64,000 bases of DNA from Octopus vulgaris (GCA_951406725.2 OX597817.1:141484001-141548000); one strand, 5' to 3'. Positions 1-13,242 are shown, counted from the stretch's first letter. The notes: a model not told the origin generated them from the letters alone. Translations and numbers: made by a program.

Positions 1-150
1 ATGAAGGGCTAAGTCCACCTCGACGGAATTTAAACTCAGAACGTACAGACGGACTACATTCCGCTTAGTATCTTACCCGGCTTGCTAACGATTCCGCCAT
101 GTCACTGCCTTCTTGTTTACATATACATGGCTTTGTTATCTTATTCTGTC

Positions 151-243
<93 letters not shown>

Positions 244-364
244 TGCTAATACGGGATCCACATTAGACTCCTCACTCGTATCAATATCGAACCTACAGTC
301 AGTCCATAACACACACTTGGCGTTACCTGACAATCTTTGGTTCTTTTAGATACCAATACTTCTC

Positions 365-445
<81 letters not shown>

Positions 446-479
446 CACAGTCATACAGTAAGTAAATAGACACCTTTAA

Positions 480-1124
480 TTTTCAAAAACTTTTATTTGA
501 TACTAATTACTTGAAGATGTTTTCTTCTAGCTGCTCGTCCATAATACCCAATCTTATGCAGATATGTAACACACTCTCTTTGGACTAACTTCTAGCTGTT
601 TTGCAATGTCAGAAGCCTTCGAACGGGGTTCGTCTTCCACAATTCTCTTCAAACAGTGAAGCTTCCTTTCCGAGGTACCAGCTCGGCTGGAACGAGAATC
701 TGTTGATTCTTTTCCTTCGCTTTTGAATCACACTATAATTCTTATTTCTTTATTGCCCACAAGGGGCTAAATATAGATGGGACAAACAAGGACAGACAAA
801 GGATTAAATCGATTACATCGACCCCAGTGCGTAACTGGTACTTAATTTATCGAACCCGAAAGGATGAAAGGCAAAGTCGACCTCGGCGGAATTTGAACTC
901 AGAACGTAGCGGCAGACGAAATACCGTTACGCATTTTGCCCGTTGTGCTAACGTTTCTGCCAGCTCGCCGCCTTCTAAATCACTCTATAATTCTATTAAC
1001 AGTAGCAAGAGGAATTTGAAGATTTTCGGCAAAATTTTCGCTGGCTAAGACCAGCTTCAGATTGCCCAACAATGCGGCCTCTTTGAAAATCTGACAGTTC
1101 TGCTGAAGTTTTTGTGCTTGGCAT
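480..1124 (-). mobile_element. Tc1-family transposase relic (N-terminal HTH region), split by a SINE
   Basis: Minus-strand manual translation MPSTKTSAELSDFQRGRIVGQSEAGLSQRK/AENLQIPLATVNRII...FKSEGKESTDSR...LKRIVEDEPRSKASDIAKQLEVSP/LHKIGYYGRAARRK, with frameshifts and stops; interrupted at 743-977. Confidence 0.75.
743..977 (-). mobile_element. SINE family A (tRNA-like head, GCCTTTCATCCTTTCGGGGTCGATAAA body) with ~17-bp TSD
   Basis: Flanked by AATCAC(A/T)CTATAATTCT at 726-742 and 978-994. Related copies near 1-112, 14560-14750, 18218-19135, 19845-20020, 21035-21230, 21665-21845, 22038-22150, 31900-32120, 38265-38470, 43015-43140, 44300-44450, 47553-47945, 56211-56424 and 62430-62640. Confidence 0.9.
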
Positions 1125-1268
1125 GGTTACTCTTCGCATATGTTGAATATAATGGCTCCTGGAATGAGAAAGAATAATTATATTGTAAATTCTACACCGC
1201 TGAAAACATATTAAGACGCTGAGATCAGAAATTTTGAAAATTATAGTTGTCTATTTACTTCCTGCATG

Positions 1269-1317
<49 letters not shown>

Positions 1318-2226
1318 GCATATATATATACACACATATATATACACGCACACACACATATATATACACGCATATATATGTGTGTGTGTATGCATGTATG
1401 TATGTATATGATGCGTTTATGCTACCAGCTAGACACCATGCTTAGAAATGTATAATTCATTTAATTTCACCGAACAATGTATCACTGTAAACAGCATTCC
1501 GTAATGTATCAGTTTCTGATTGGAATCAATGCAGTGGTTTAAAGGAGTTTAAGTATGCATCGCGATAAATATTAAATGTTAATAAATCTTAAATGCATCT
1601 CTTGAACAGATACTATTTAGTAATTATCAATGGGGAATGAAATACCAAAGGTGAATTAAGCGATTTGTAATGATAATGGCTATACGTTTTAATTATACAT
1701 CGATCTTTAAGAATTGTTATTGAAATGAAAGTTAATGCTGTTGTTGTTTTGTTTCAGATGCATGAGTGGTAGAAATGTCACATGATCGTAGTTTTTCCCC
1801 AGTGGATTTTGAAAGGACCAGGATGTAGCGTCATTAGATATTGTAGTTAATCTACTCGAAAACAAGGAATTAGTCAAATGTCAAGTAGGTGATATGTGAA
1901 TGTATGAATGTACAAGTGAATGGTAACAGGAAAAACAAAACAAACAAAAAAAAAATCAATCACTTCATTCGGCGCCATTTTGAAGCATATATAAATCTGA
2001 ATAAGAGAAATATCAGATATTGTGGTACATTTATGTATCAGGATAAAATGTATTGAATGCCAACATTTGGTTAATTGTTAATATTAAGCTGTGGAAAATA
2101 TGAAAGACGTCTTTTGAAAGATAAAATACATTCATAATATTTTGCTTCAGTCATTTAACTGCAGCCATGCTGGAGCACCGCATTTAGTCGAACAAATCTA
2201 CTCCAGGACTTATTCTTTGTATGCCT

Positions 2227-2990
2227 TCCGTATGGAATAATTAACCAAATAGTTTTACTATTAGTTATCTTATTTTTAATGTAATTATTTTTGAAAGACA
2301 TAGATTTACCTTTAAAATGAAAATAGGGACTAAATAAGGGTTATCTCCCTTCCTCAGTTTGGTTTTGGTGTATAAATTAAAATTGGTATCATTAATTTCC
2401 TTACAACTAGATTTCATACCTACATTGGTAAAAGTAGAATAAGAATGAATGGAATTAATGTAGGTAACTTTCTCTGAATAACCTGATTTAAATAAGGCAG
2501 AGTTATAAAATTCGGCGTTATCATTGAAAATATCAACATTAGCAAATAACTTAGACAATCTGAATGAAATATTCCTAAGTTCCTAGTAATTGCCCTAGAA
2601 TGATTACTGAGTTTGCTAATATACTTAAAATTGGTCGATGGTTTGTGGTATGGGAAGTAAGAGTTATTGTGTAAGTTAGGTGTAACATCTAAAAAGTTGG
2701 CATTCGTCATATCCTCATCAGAAACGATGCTTAAGCTCATTCTACGGAAAAAAATTAACTAAACTATTCTTAACTTTTTGTACCTTTTGGTTGGAAACAT
2801 TTTGAAGGTAAAGTAAACAATCATCACGATATAGACCTCCATTTATGCTTGGGAACTGTTCTGCCATTTCAAAAAGTATATATATACAGACTATATCAGT
2901 TATTTGTGCTGAATCAGTTACAACCGTTTTACTTGTGTGATTTTTGCTACCCTGGTAACTATATATCTATTTTTTCCGTGTTAATTGTTA
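2227..2990 (-). pseudogene. Decayed Penelope-like reverse transcriptase fragment
   Basis: GGLYRDDCL...NFLDVTPNLHNNSYFPYHKP...YISKLSNH...FNDNAEFYNSALFKSGYSEK parallels GLYRDDGL...DFLDVNFN...FRKPN...YVSKDSNHP...FHNAAPYYDSALKNSGFSEK in the 22972-24123 ORF; frameshifted. Confidence 0.85.
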
Positions 2991-3004
2991 ACAAGGGAAA
3001 AATA

Positions 3005-3064
<60 letters not shown>

Positions 3065-3229
3065 CGACGGGCGTCTTTCAGTTTCTGTTTACCAAATCCA
3101 CTCACAAAGCTTTGGTCGACCCGAGGCTATAGTAGAAGACATTTACCCAAGATGTCACGCACTGGAACTGAACCCGGAACCATGTGGAAAGGAAGCAGGC
3201 TTCTTACCACACAGCCATTCCTGCGCCTA
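3005..3229 (-). mobile_element. SINE family B head half (tail half at 2140-2226)
   Basis: Matches the complete copies at 16797-17209 and 59283-59685. Confidence 0.85.
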
Positions 3230-4239
3230 TATATATATATATATTGATATTTCCCAAATCATAGCAAAAATTACGCAGAAATTTATATACATATATACAT
3301 GCATATATATATATGTTTATACATATATATATATATATGCATAAATATATATACATGCACACATATATATATATGTATATATGTAGGCATGCATGTACGT
3401 ATGTGTGTATGTATGTATATACATTTCTGCGTAATTTTTGCTATAATTGGGAAATATGAAATGCTTCTGTCTCTATTTGTTAGCAATAAAATATCGATTC
3501 TTTTCGATTTTGGAGGTAAAATTCCAATATTTTGCAAGTTCAAGTTTAATTATAATTGACACTCACACAAACACACACACACACACACAGACACACACAC
3601 AAATAAACAAAGACAGACATATATCGATATGTGTGTGTGTGTGTGTCTGTGTGTGTTTTTTTTTGTGTGAGTGGTTGCGGGTCTATCACAGTGCCCGTGT
3701 TTCTCACGGCGCATTATATGTCTAGTCTGCCTTGTTTACGATACATTAGCCTTTAACTAAAGTCACACGAAACAAAGAGCAAGAGGAAATGTCTCGAAGT
3801 ACGGAAATACATCTTCTAATAAAAAGCAAAACAGATGATGCAGTTTCACCGAAATTCTCAATGACCTTTTGCAGACTGTGGGTTAATAATATATATAATA
3901 TAATGACTATAGACTTCTAAATATAATGACTGCAGACTTCTTAGAGTCTATCGAGGAGTTTTTTTTTTACATTCACTGTCTATTTCAAGAAAATATATCA
4001 AATTTAATTTTGTTTTGATCACGTAACGGATATGCTTGTTTCGTTGTAGATGTTTATCCGCCCTGTCAGTTTGATCCGACAGACTCATAAGAAAAAGCAT
4101 ACTGACATATGTGTGTATGTATGTATGTATGTATGTATGTATGTATGTATGTATGTATGTATGTATGTATGTATGTATGTATGTATGTATGTATGGTGGA
4201 TGGATGTATGTGCGTACGTACCTACAGACATACACACAC

Positions 4240-4303
<64 letters not shown>

Positions 4304-4304
4304 T

Positions 4305-4453
4305 GAAGGCGCACGGCTCAGTGGTCAGAGCGTTATGCTTACGATCGTGAGGTTGTGAGTTCGATTCCTGGACTGGGCTGCGAGTTGTGTTCTTGTGCAA
4401 GACACTTTATTTCACGTTGCTCCAGTTCACTCAGCTGTAGAAATGAGTTGCGA
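4305..4453 (+). mobile_element. tRNA-derived SINE fragment
   Basis: A box GGCTCAGTGG and B box GAGTTCGATTCC followed by a body (AAGACACTTTATTTCACGTTGCTCCAGTTCACTCAG) shared with 12174-12555. Confidence 0.8.
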
Positions 4454-6474
4454 TATAGGTGTGTGTGTGTGTGTACATGAATGTATGCTTTCATGTACAG
4501 ATGTGTGTATGTATGTATGCGGTGATGCATGTATATATTCGGATAAACACACAAAAGAAAACAGACGAAACATGATGTAAATGTAGTAGTATGATAATAA
4601 ATGACACAGTCTGTAGTTTATTAAAGACGCAATCCCAATTGCTAATCCTGAAGTGGGACATGTTACTGAATTTGTATATCTCATCCTTATACTACTAAAT
4701 TAACCTGAGATTCTGATAAGACGAGTTATCATTATCTTAAAGGAAAAAGTATCGGCAAGAGATTTGAAGTTAGTCTGCGTATCGTCCTTATTGTCTTCCA
4801 TCGTAATATGTTTGTTAATAACATTAGCCTTACATCCAGAGATAAATGCCCTTAAGTAGTTTTAGAAATATTAAGTTTGCGCTCTATGCTAGACAAACCT
4901 AGAAATATCTCCATAAGAAATACAGTTCATATTTGATTGCACATTATGAAGATAATCTGAAGGAGAATGATTTAAATTGTCCGGTCAAATAAGAGAGAGG
5001 TCCATATCGTTACTATAACATCACAATTGTAAGTGTAAGAAAGACTATTCTAGATATCTATGGTGCTATCAGTTTAAATGTTTCATGTATTTTCTTTCAA
5101 ATTATCATGTATATAGTTCTACATGAACATATCTACCGATATATATATATATATATATATACCGATACAGAGTTGTGAAAATGTCCTGTTCATCATTTGG
5201 GGAATACTTTCTGCGTAGCTTTTTTCCAAATGTTATAGTGTAAAATCTGCCTTGCGTACACAGACTTGATCTATGACTGGACTTGGCTGTTTGTTATTTA
5301 GATGTTGAAGAGATATAACTGGACGTGTCTTTGGATCGATGCTAAACAACTGCCGTCTTGTTTTCGTTTTATGCAGAGATAATTCCTATGGCTCTTGTGG
5401 AAATATCTAGCATGAGTTTATAACTTTCGAATGCCTTCGAACATCCAATCTAGCTGCCCTTATATTACTATGAACACTGGTATACCAAACGCACTGGGAG
5501 TTATTTATACATCACGTGTGGACAACTGTAAGATCTTTATTTTCCTTATCACCATTGTATATTCTCTCTTTACATTTGCTTGATTGGGTTTCTTTCATAG
5601 TAAATATTTTCATCCATTCCTACGTACCTTTAGCATTTTTGATCTGCTATTGTAGAAATTGACAAATCATTGATAAAGACCAAGTGCTTTAATCATAAAT
5701 CATAATCTAAAGTCCAAGTTCTTAAATGAAGATTCATAGTGTGTAACACCTTCCAACCTATTCGATTAGAATGAATAATTAATTACCTATGAGACTAAAA
5801 CGAAAGAGATGAGACGACAAAGCAATTTGGATTCGAACTCCGTTACCATTTTCATTTATACTTTTGGCAGCAAATTATGTTCACAAGTTGAATTTCTACT
5901 CCTGGTGGCACACAAAGTCAGTTGTTATTGGTGATGAGTAACCAATAAGCTGTCAAGGAAAAGTTCAGTAGAACGTTATCTGCTGTTTTGAGCCGCTCCT
6001 GTCAACAAAAACATTATTCCTATTATATACCAGCATGTTTAATTACACGGGACAGAGGGAGACATCTAATTAATAACATCACTGAAGAAACCAAGCAGCT
6101 ACAAATATTCTAGATAACTTAAAGATGTGCATTGTTTTATGACTAAATCTATAATTTGATTCCATCGTTGTTATAGAAATTTAAGCAGGGGAGACTGCTG
6201 ACAGTGATAAACATTCAAGTACATTAGATATTGTTTTATAATTAGAGTTTATCAAAGCCATAATATTAAATATGTACTTGCCGTTCTATTTAATATTGCT
6301 GCGTTTTCATCGCTGGTTTCCGATTGCAATTATTTTATTACTTATCGTATATTCACTATACAACACACGAATTAATTATACACCAAATTTATATTGATAA
6401 ACTTACTTTAAAATAAGTTTATTGCTTTATATACTCTAGAGAATAGTCAAACGTCTATATATGCGTCTTATTTA

Positions 6475-6551
<77 letters not shown>

Positions 6552-7040
6552 ATTACCTCTTCATTAGACTGCATCCGTAACAAACTGCGTTGGCTTAGAA
6601 TTGATGCTCTAAGAAAATTAATTAGCATACCAGACATAGATTGTGGTGATAATTCTTAGAAACTTTTCTGAAATTCATTCTTAATGTAAGCAATGCAAAC
6701 TGTAAAAGTTTTGTAGCTCTCAAATTCCCTTTGATATTAAAAACGTCTCAAGACGCCGGGAATATCTACATTGACCCCATGACAACGGTTTTGTTTTTAT
6801 CAGGCAACTAGGTTGCACTGACGGTAATTATCTCCGCCGATATCGGCAATTAGCTCACGACAACAGTTCGGTGTATATCTATGTCAACTGCTTTCAAGCA
6901 TGCACTGTTTATTTATGTGAACTGTTATCACTGCGAGGACTGGAAATTCAACGAAACTGGCATGGCTGGATGCGACATTAAGTTCCGTATTTGATAGGAA
7001 GTCATAGTGGAAATGGTAGGGTAACCGCCAAAACTGCTAC

Positions 7041-7565
7041 TCTTCTTCTTCTTCTTCTTCTTCTTCTTCTTCTTCTTCTTCTTCCAATCAGGACTCACGC
7101 CATTAGCCACAAAGAATAATCTCTAATTCGAGCCTACTCTAAGCTACTAAGAATGCGTGTGGCAACTTGAAGATCCACCCACCACACGCGATAGACTGGC
7201 GGTTGCACGGGCGCGAAAGCTACGTTGTTGACCTCATTCCGTAAACGGTGGCTTTTAACTGGTGGAGAGCTGAACCATCCTGGGGTACAGAGGATTCGCA
7301 ATCTAGATTAGGGTCTGAAAGTTTACCACACCATATTGGGTTACACCATGGTTCCTCTGCTTTGTGGTAGAAGTAGGAAGAAAGAGTGAGAGAAAGTTGT
7401 GGTGAAAGAGTACAGCGGGGCTCACGCCCCCCACCCCACCGGAGACTAGTGGAGCTTAGGAGTTTTTGCTCAATAAACACTCACAATGCCCGATCTGGGA
7501 ATCGAAACCGCATTCTTACGACCGCGAGTTCGCTGCCCTAACCACTGGATCATTGCGCATCCACC
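7041..7565 (-). mobile_element. Long tRNA-headed SINE with (GAA)n tail
   Basis: tRNA-like head at 7565-7490 (B box GTTTCGATTCC), ~400-bp body nearly identical to 57878-58255, and a (TTC)n tract at 7041-7085 on the + strand. Confidence 0.85.
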
Positions 7566-8171
7566 ACTGCTGCTGTTATACTATTATAGTGACGAAGTCT
7601 CGAACTGAGTTGGAAATATTTACACGAAAAGTCTAACAATCCTCTCAGATTCCTTGAAATTTGCACAGTGGCCTCTATTATCGATTCCGTTAGTGGTAGC
7701 GGATATTTGTATCAACCGGTATACAAGCAGGTACAAAACCGCAGCAGATAGGGCTGCGGATATTGTGATTCAAAGCAAGTACACGGCATCACGTAAATTT
7801 ACGTTAACTGATGTTATGGGGTTAATATTCACTTTTCCAATGAGTTATGGGTTGGACAGAAGTCAATGAAACAGATTTGTTATGGCTTGATGTCCTTCCT
7901 GTTACCGATGCTCTAATTTTTCTTGAGCAGTCATGCAATTTTATATGAAAACGTATTCTTTTGAGTACCCCCTGCACCTATTCACATTCGGCCTGTCGTA
8001 CTTCCGAAATCCCATACCAAGTAACTTCGATTACTCTTGAATACCAGAACTGACAGGTCTGTAACCCTGCACTGCTAAGGATTTCACCTCAGTCATAAAT
8101 CAACGATTTGTCAAACGAGGAATCATCAACTGGATTTGTAGAGCTCAAGAGAACCTTCCCTCTGGCATTTA

Positions 8172-8400
8172 TTTAATTTTAGCCCTTTATTATTCAGATT
8201 ACTCTGTCAAATGAAATGATTTTTATTCACTTTGTTTGGAATTAATCATGCATTATCTTGTAACTTCGAGATTTTGATGACAATATTTCTTCTATTTAGA
8301 ATGGCGTTGTAGGATAGGTGTGAGAGATTAGAGCTAACCAGTTCGAACATAAAACAGAATATTTGGGCCGCGTATGTGCGGCTTAAGTGATAAGTGGTTA
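8172..8400. mobile_element. Possible decayed TTAA-flanked MITE (piggyBac-like ends)
   Basis: Degenerate TTAG-CCCTT start and AAGTGG-TTAA end; no ORF. Confidence 0.35.
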
Positions 8401-9328
8401 AACTAATTATTAGTTGAACAAAGATTGTGGAACTAACAGAAGTTGTCATGTAACATTCGTGACGGTCTTCGTGGATTCTGTTTACGGTTGGCGTGACAAC
8501 AATATGCACGATAAATAGGAACGGCGAAGAAGTAGCGTTGGAGGCATCAACGTAAGTTGGCGTCCATCATAGGTGATGAAGAGAGTGTGTTGTAATTATT
8601 AGTTTAACAGAAATTAACAGAAATGATGGTTATGATTGAATAGAGAAAACTGTGCGTGTCTTGAAACGTGACGTGGAGTAACTTTCATAAAAGATATCAA
8701 GAAATAAGATAAAGCGAAGCAATTTCACTACACAGTATCTTCTGAAAGACAAGTATTGGAAGAAGACACGGCATTGTTGAAGGAAAGAAGTAATCTATTA
8801 TATTCAATATGCTGGATTTAATAAAGTGGAATCATGAAGAATGTGTAAAATATGTTAAATTTATGACTTTTGTCGCTCTTTTCTCTTTATAATTCAACTA
8901 TAATACTTGAAAGCAAGATGCTATTCCGTCATTGGTGCTTATTGAATCATACGGTTCTAAAACTGTATATTTTTTTTACATTATTGGCGCCTTCAATCAT
9001 ACTTTCCTGACAAAAGAGAAAGTTATCTTCACTCTGTAGAAGTTGGTGATATTTAGCTATTTCAACGTACGCTTAATTTGCTTGTCAAATTTCACACACC
9101 GTATTTATTTTGGCGGTTTTGAACTCAAATATATTTTACAGCTACAATAAAGATCTTCCTTGTTCAAAGACTTTTAGGTGTGTAAAGACGATTGATTGGC
9201 ATATATGCGGTCTACGATTCAGTCACACTGCACGGTACCTTGGGCTAATATCGTCTGCTATACTACCTGGACGAACCATGGTTTGTGATGGAATGTGGAA
9301 GATGGAAATTGTGTGGAAGCCCGTACTG

Positions 9329-9405
<77 letters not shown>

Positions 9406-9639
9406 TCAGATCCTGAAATAGTAAAGCACTAAGATTGGGTCAGTGAAATCGCTACTGTGTACAAAACCTGTTTGAAGACAAATACGTATTTACTTAAGTG
9501 AACACAGATTTATGAGCCGGCTGTGTGTAAAATAAGTGGACGACTGAATATACAGCGATTGTCAAGGTTAGCTGTGAATATTCCGTGTGTCATGTATTTC
9601 CCTTAACTTCCCGTCCATTAAGTTTTCGTCTCGTTTTCC

Positions 9640-10097
9640 ATTTGCTCTGCTTTCGTCTAACTTTTTCTCCTTGAGTTCTTTCTGTTCAGTCCTGCTCGTG
9701 AGATTTGTACTGAATGTGGAGAAGGAGCAATGGCTGAAAGTACCGCCCGCAGTTGGTTTTCACGCATCAAAAATGGGAATTTTTGTCTCAAGGACCGGTC
9801 GACCAACTGAGTTCGATGAAAAGCGATTGAATCAACTTCTTCTGGAAATTCCACGCCAAACGATCTGAAAATTGGCGGAACATATGGATTATGTTAAAAA
9901 AAATTTGGTGAACCACCTTCACTCAATGGGCAAGGTTCAACGAACTCAAATTGGTCGACCGGTGTATGATCCATCCTTGAGGTCCAAATTCCCATTTTTG
10001 AAGCGTGAAAACCAACGGCGTTTTATTTCTGCGTGCACTTTTAAATTTGAAAAAAAAAAAAAAAAACTGTCTCGAATTATTCCTCAATCCAGTATAT
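9640..10097 (+). mobile_element. mariner relic (N-terminal HTH) with an internal inverted piece
   Basis: AREICTECGEGAMAESTARSWFSRIKNGNFCLKD/GRPTEFDEKRLNQLL...NHLHSMGKVQ; 9940-10030 is a reverse-complement of ~9745-9820. Confidence 0.8.
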
Positions 10098-10537
10098 TCT
10101 CGGCATTATACGATAGAATTCTATATTCACAAACAATACAAATAAAGAATGTTAGGTCAGGAAAGGACCAGAACATCGTTTATAAATAAATATATTTTCA
10201 TCTCTGATACATCCTGAATTGTATGAACAATATATATATATACATATATATATTTACACACAGACACACAGACACACACGCACACACATACACGGTTCGG
10301 CAAAAGAGATAGAATAAGTACTAGGCTTACAAAGTATAAGCCCTGGTATCGATTCGTTAGACTAAATGCGGTGCTACAGCATGGCCGCAGTCAAAGTGAC
10401 TGAAACAAATAAAATAATAAAAGAATACACACACACACATATATATGGATTAATGTGTTTGTTTTTACCCACCGCCACTTGTCCATACCTTTATTGAGAA
10501 TGAAGGGATACTTTATTATTTTGTAATTTAGCAATAT

Positions 10538-10820
10538 GCTCATATGGCGTAGTGGTTAAGAGCGCGGGCTACTAAACCAAAGATTCTGAGTTCGATTCCA
10601 AGCATTGACCTAAATAATAATAATAATAATAATAAGAAGGAGAAGAACATCGAAAAATATCTTAGGAATGAGAATCCAAGTTCGAAATTTCCCGAAGACA
10701 CCCGATGAAAGGTGGAGGGTATATAACTGCTGAAACGTGTTAACAACAAAGAAAATGTGGACAAATATCCGTCAAATGTAAATAATGTAAATAATTCTTC
10801 ATCTCTTAACTAGAGAACAG
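10538..10820 (+). mobile_element. tRNA-headed SINE carrying a (degenerate) hammerhead ribozyme
   Basis: A box TGGCGTAGTGG, B box GAGTTCGATTCC, (AAT)n linker, then ACAC-CCGATGA...GAAACGT-GT at 10698-10740; colinear with 14156-14430. Confidence 0.8.
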
Positions 10821-11615
10821 CACTAATTTTATGACATAAAATATTTAGCTCCCTGAATCGATAATGCTCCAAAGTAACAAGCTAATTTCAGTTTAGAAGT
10901 TTAGAGTATGGAGTGAATCATATACGCAGGAAAATGAAAGAAAATATATAATCTATCTTTCTGTAATGGCCACAATGGATTTTTGTAGCTAACGGTATAA
11001 ACAGTCGCTGACGGTTTGTGATAAGGACAATTTTGAGAATTTGCGTATGTTCAGTTACTTAACATCCATTCTCCTTTCAATCAGCTCTAATAGAACTTAT
11101 TACGTGAAAACGTGTAAATGCTCACAGTCAAAGTTTTCATAATCCTCTTCGATTAGAATATTTCAGATTTATGTCCGGATTACCACACCTTATGTTGCAT
11201 TACAACAGCTAATGCTGTTTAGATATAAAGTTAACGGAAAAACTGACATGTTGAAACGACCAATCACGTCTTGTTTGGAGAAGATTTCCTATAACCTTAC
11301 CTGGTGACTCACTGAAATTTATTTATCTCCTCTGCCTTAGATTCAACCACAAAATCTGATAATAGGGATCCACCGTAATATTAAATATTATATTTTAATG
11401 TGTAATAAATTACATCACTGAACAGAGTGAAAATGGGTTCAATATACTATGCGCGCAAACATAGTTGGGCGATTTATAAGTTAGCTTTTAAATCACATCG
11501 TTTCTGACTGAAATTGCCTCCGCAGGTCATCGGATGAGTGGTTTCTGCGTTAGTCTCCTACTACTGAGTTTAAATGTGGTTTGATACCTACGAAGAAATT
11601 CTGTAGAGGCGTTTT

Positions 11616-11689
<74 letters not shown>

Positions 11690-11728
11690 ACGCACATATA
11701 TTTGTATTTATGCATGTGTGTGTATGTA

Positions 11729-12120
11729 TGGGAGTGGCTGTGTAGTAGGAAGTTTGATTCCCAACCACATGGATCTGAGTTCAGCCCCACTGCCTGACAC
11801 CTTGGGCAAGTGTTGTCTGCTATAGCCTCGGGCCGACCAAAGCCTTGTGAGTGGATTTGGTAGACAGAAACTGAAAGAAGCCTGTCGTATATATATATAT
11901 ATGCATGTGTGTTTGTTGTTTGTGTCTGTGTTTGTATCCTCACCATCGCTTGACAACCGATGTTGGTGTGTTTACGTCCTTGTAACTTAGCAGTTCCGCA
12001 AAAGAAACCAATAGAATAAGTACTAGGCTTACAAAAAGTAAGTTCTCGAGCCGATTTGTTCCACTAAAGTAGGTTCTCCAGCATGGCCACAGTCAGATGG
12101 CTGAAACAAGTAAAATAATA
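11729..12120 (+). mobile_element. SINE family B, full length
   Basis: Head GGAGTGGCTGTGTAGTAG...GAGTTCAGCCCC, internal (TA/TG)n, tail CTCCAGCATGGCCACAGTC...GAAACAAGTAAAA. Confidence 0.9.
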
Positions 12121-12173
12121 TTTTATTTATATGCGTGTATGTGTGTTTGTGTGTGTGTGTTTCTGTGAGTAGG

Positions 12174-12555
12174 GAAGACGCATGGCTTAGTAGTTAGAGT
12201 GTCGAGCTTACGGTCGTGAGGTTGTGAGTTCGATTCCCGGATCGGGCTACGTGTTGCGTTCATGAGCAAGACACTTTATTTCACGTTGCTCCAGTTCACT
12301 CAGTTGTAGAAATGAGTTGCGACGTCACTGATGCCAAGCTGTATCGGCCCCTTTTTCCTTTCCCTTGCATAACATCGGTGGCATGGAGAAGAGAAGATCG
12401 TATGCATGGGTAACTACTGTTTTCTACTATCGCCTCTTCCATAAATATAACCCTAGGTTGTCGTTCGCCGGTGAGCCCAATTTCCGCCCAGACTTTGTGC
12501 CCCGGCGGGGAACCTCTTAGGTGCACCCATGATCATTCGTGATCGACGGAGTCAT
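12174..12555 (+). mobile_element. tRNA-derived SINE
   Basis: A box TGGCTTAGTAG, B box GAGTTCGATTCC; body shared with 4305-4453. Confidence 0.8.
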
Positions 12556-12754
12556 CTATATATATGTATATATATATATATATATATACGTATGTGCGTG
12601 TGTCTATGCGGAAGAGGGCGAGTAACTAGAATTTATTAGCATAACAATCGTTTCGGCTTCATGTAACACCCCAAGTTCGAAATCCCTCGTATGCATAATG
12701 TTGTAAAAGATATATCTCTTACTAATGCAGGGGATTCCTCTTGAATCCCTGCGG

Positions 12755-12877
12755 GAGCATCGTGGAGCTTTAGGTGTTTTCGCTCAATAAACACTCACAA
12801 CGCCCGGTCTGGGAATCGAAACCGCGATCCTACGACCGCGAGTCCACTGCCCTAACCACTGGGTCATTGCGCCTCCA
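12755..12877 (-). mobile_element. tRNA-derived SINE head (same head as 7565-7445)
   Basis: Near-identical to 7445-7565. Confidence 0.8.
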
Positions 12878-12934
<57 letters not shown>

Positions 12935-12935
<1 letters not shown>

Positions 12936-13139
12936 AAGTTAATCCAAACATGAAAATACATCGCGAGGACGTGGAACAAGCATAGTATTATTGGACGCTC
13001 AGGAAAGTAGGTAGGAAAGAAGGAGGGCTTAACGTTTCGAGCTGAGCTCTTCGTCAGAAACATAGGAAAAGGAAAGGTCCAAAGAAGGGAAGACGGAGGA
13101 AAAAAATCGCCAATGGTACACACGCGGTCACATTTTGAA
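12935..13139 (-). mobile_element. ~205-bp hammerhead-carrying non-autonomous element (family D), copy 1
   Basis: Same ends (AAAGTTAATCCAAAC...GGTCACATTTTGAA) as 61594-61805; both copies lie between (TA)n tracts. Confidence 0.85.
13027..13061 (-). ncRNA. Minimal type-I hammerhead ribozyme
   Basis: Minus strand GUUU-CUGACGA-A-GAGC-uca-GCUC-GAAA-CG-UU-AAGC: intact core, 4-bp helix II, palindromic ACGU helix III, helix I with one G-U pair. Confidence 0.8.
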
Positions 13140-13183
13140 TATATATATATATATATGCATGTGTGTGTGTGTTTGAGTGTGTA

Positions 13184-13242
<59 letters not shown>

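Noticed and set aside
1740-1890. Possible coding exon after TTTCAG
   Set aside because: All three frames hit a stop within 30 nt.
4305-12877. tRNA genes at the A/B-box sequences (4305, 7565, 10540, 12174, 12877)
   Set aside because: The cloverleaves are incomplete and each continues into a repeated SINE body.
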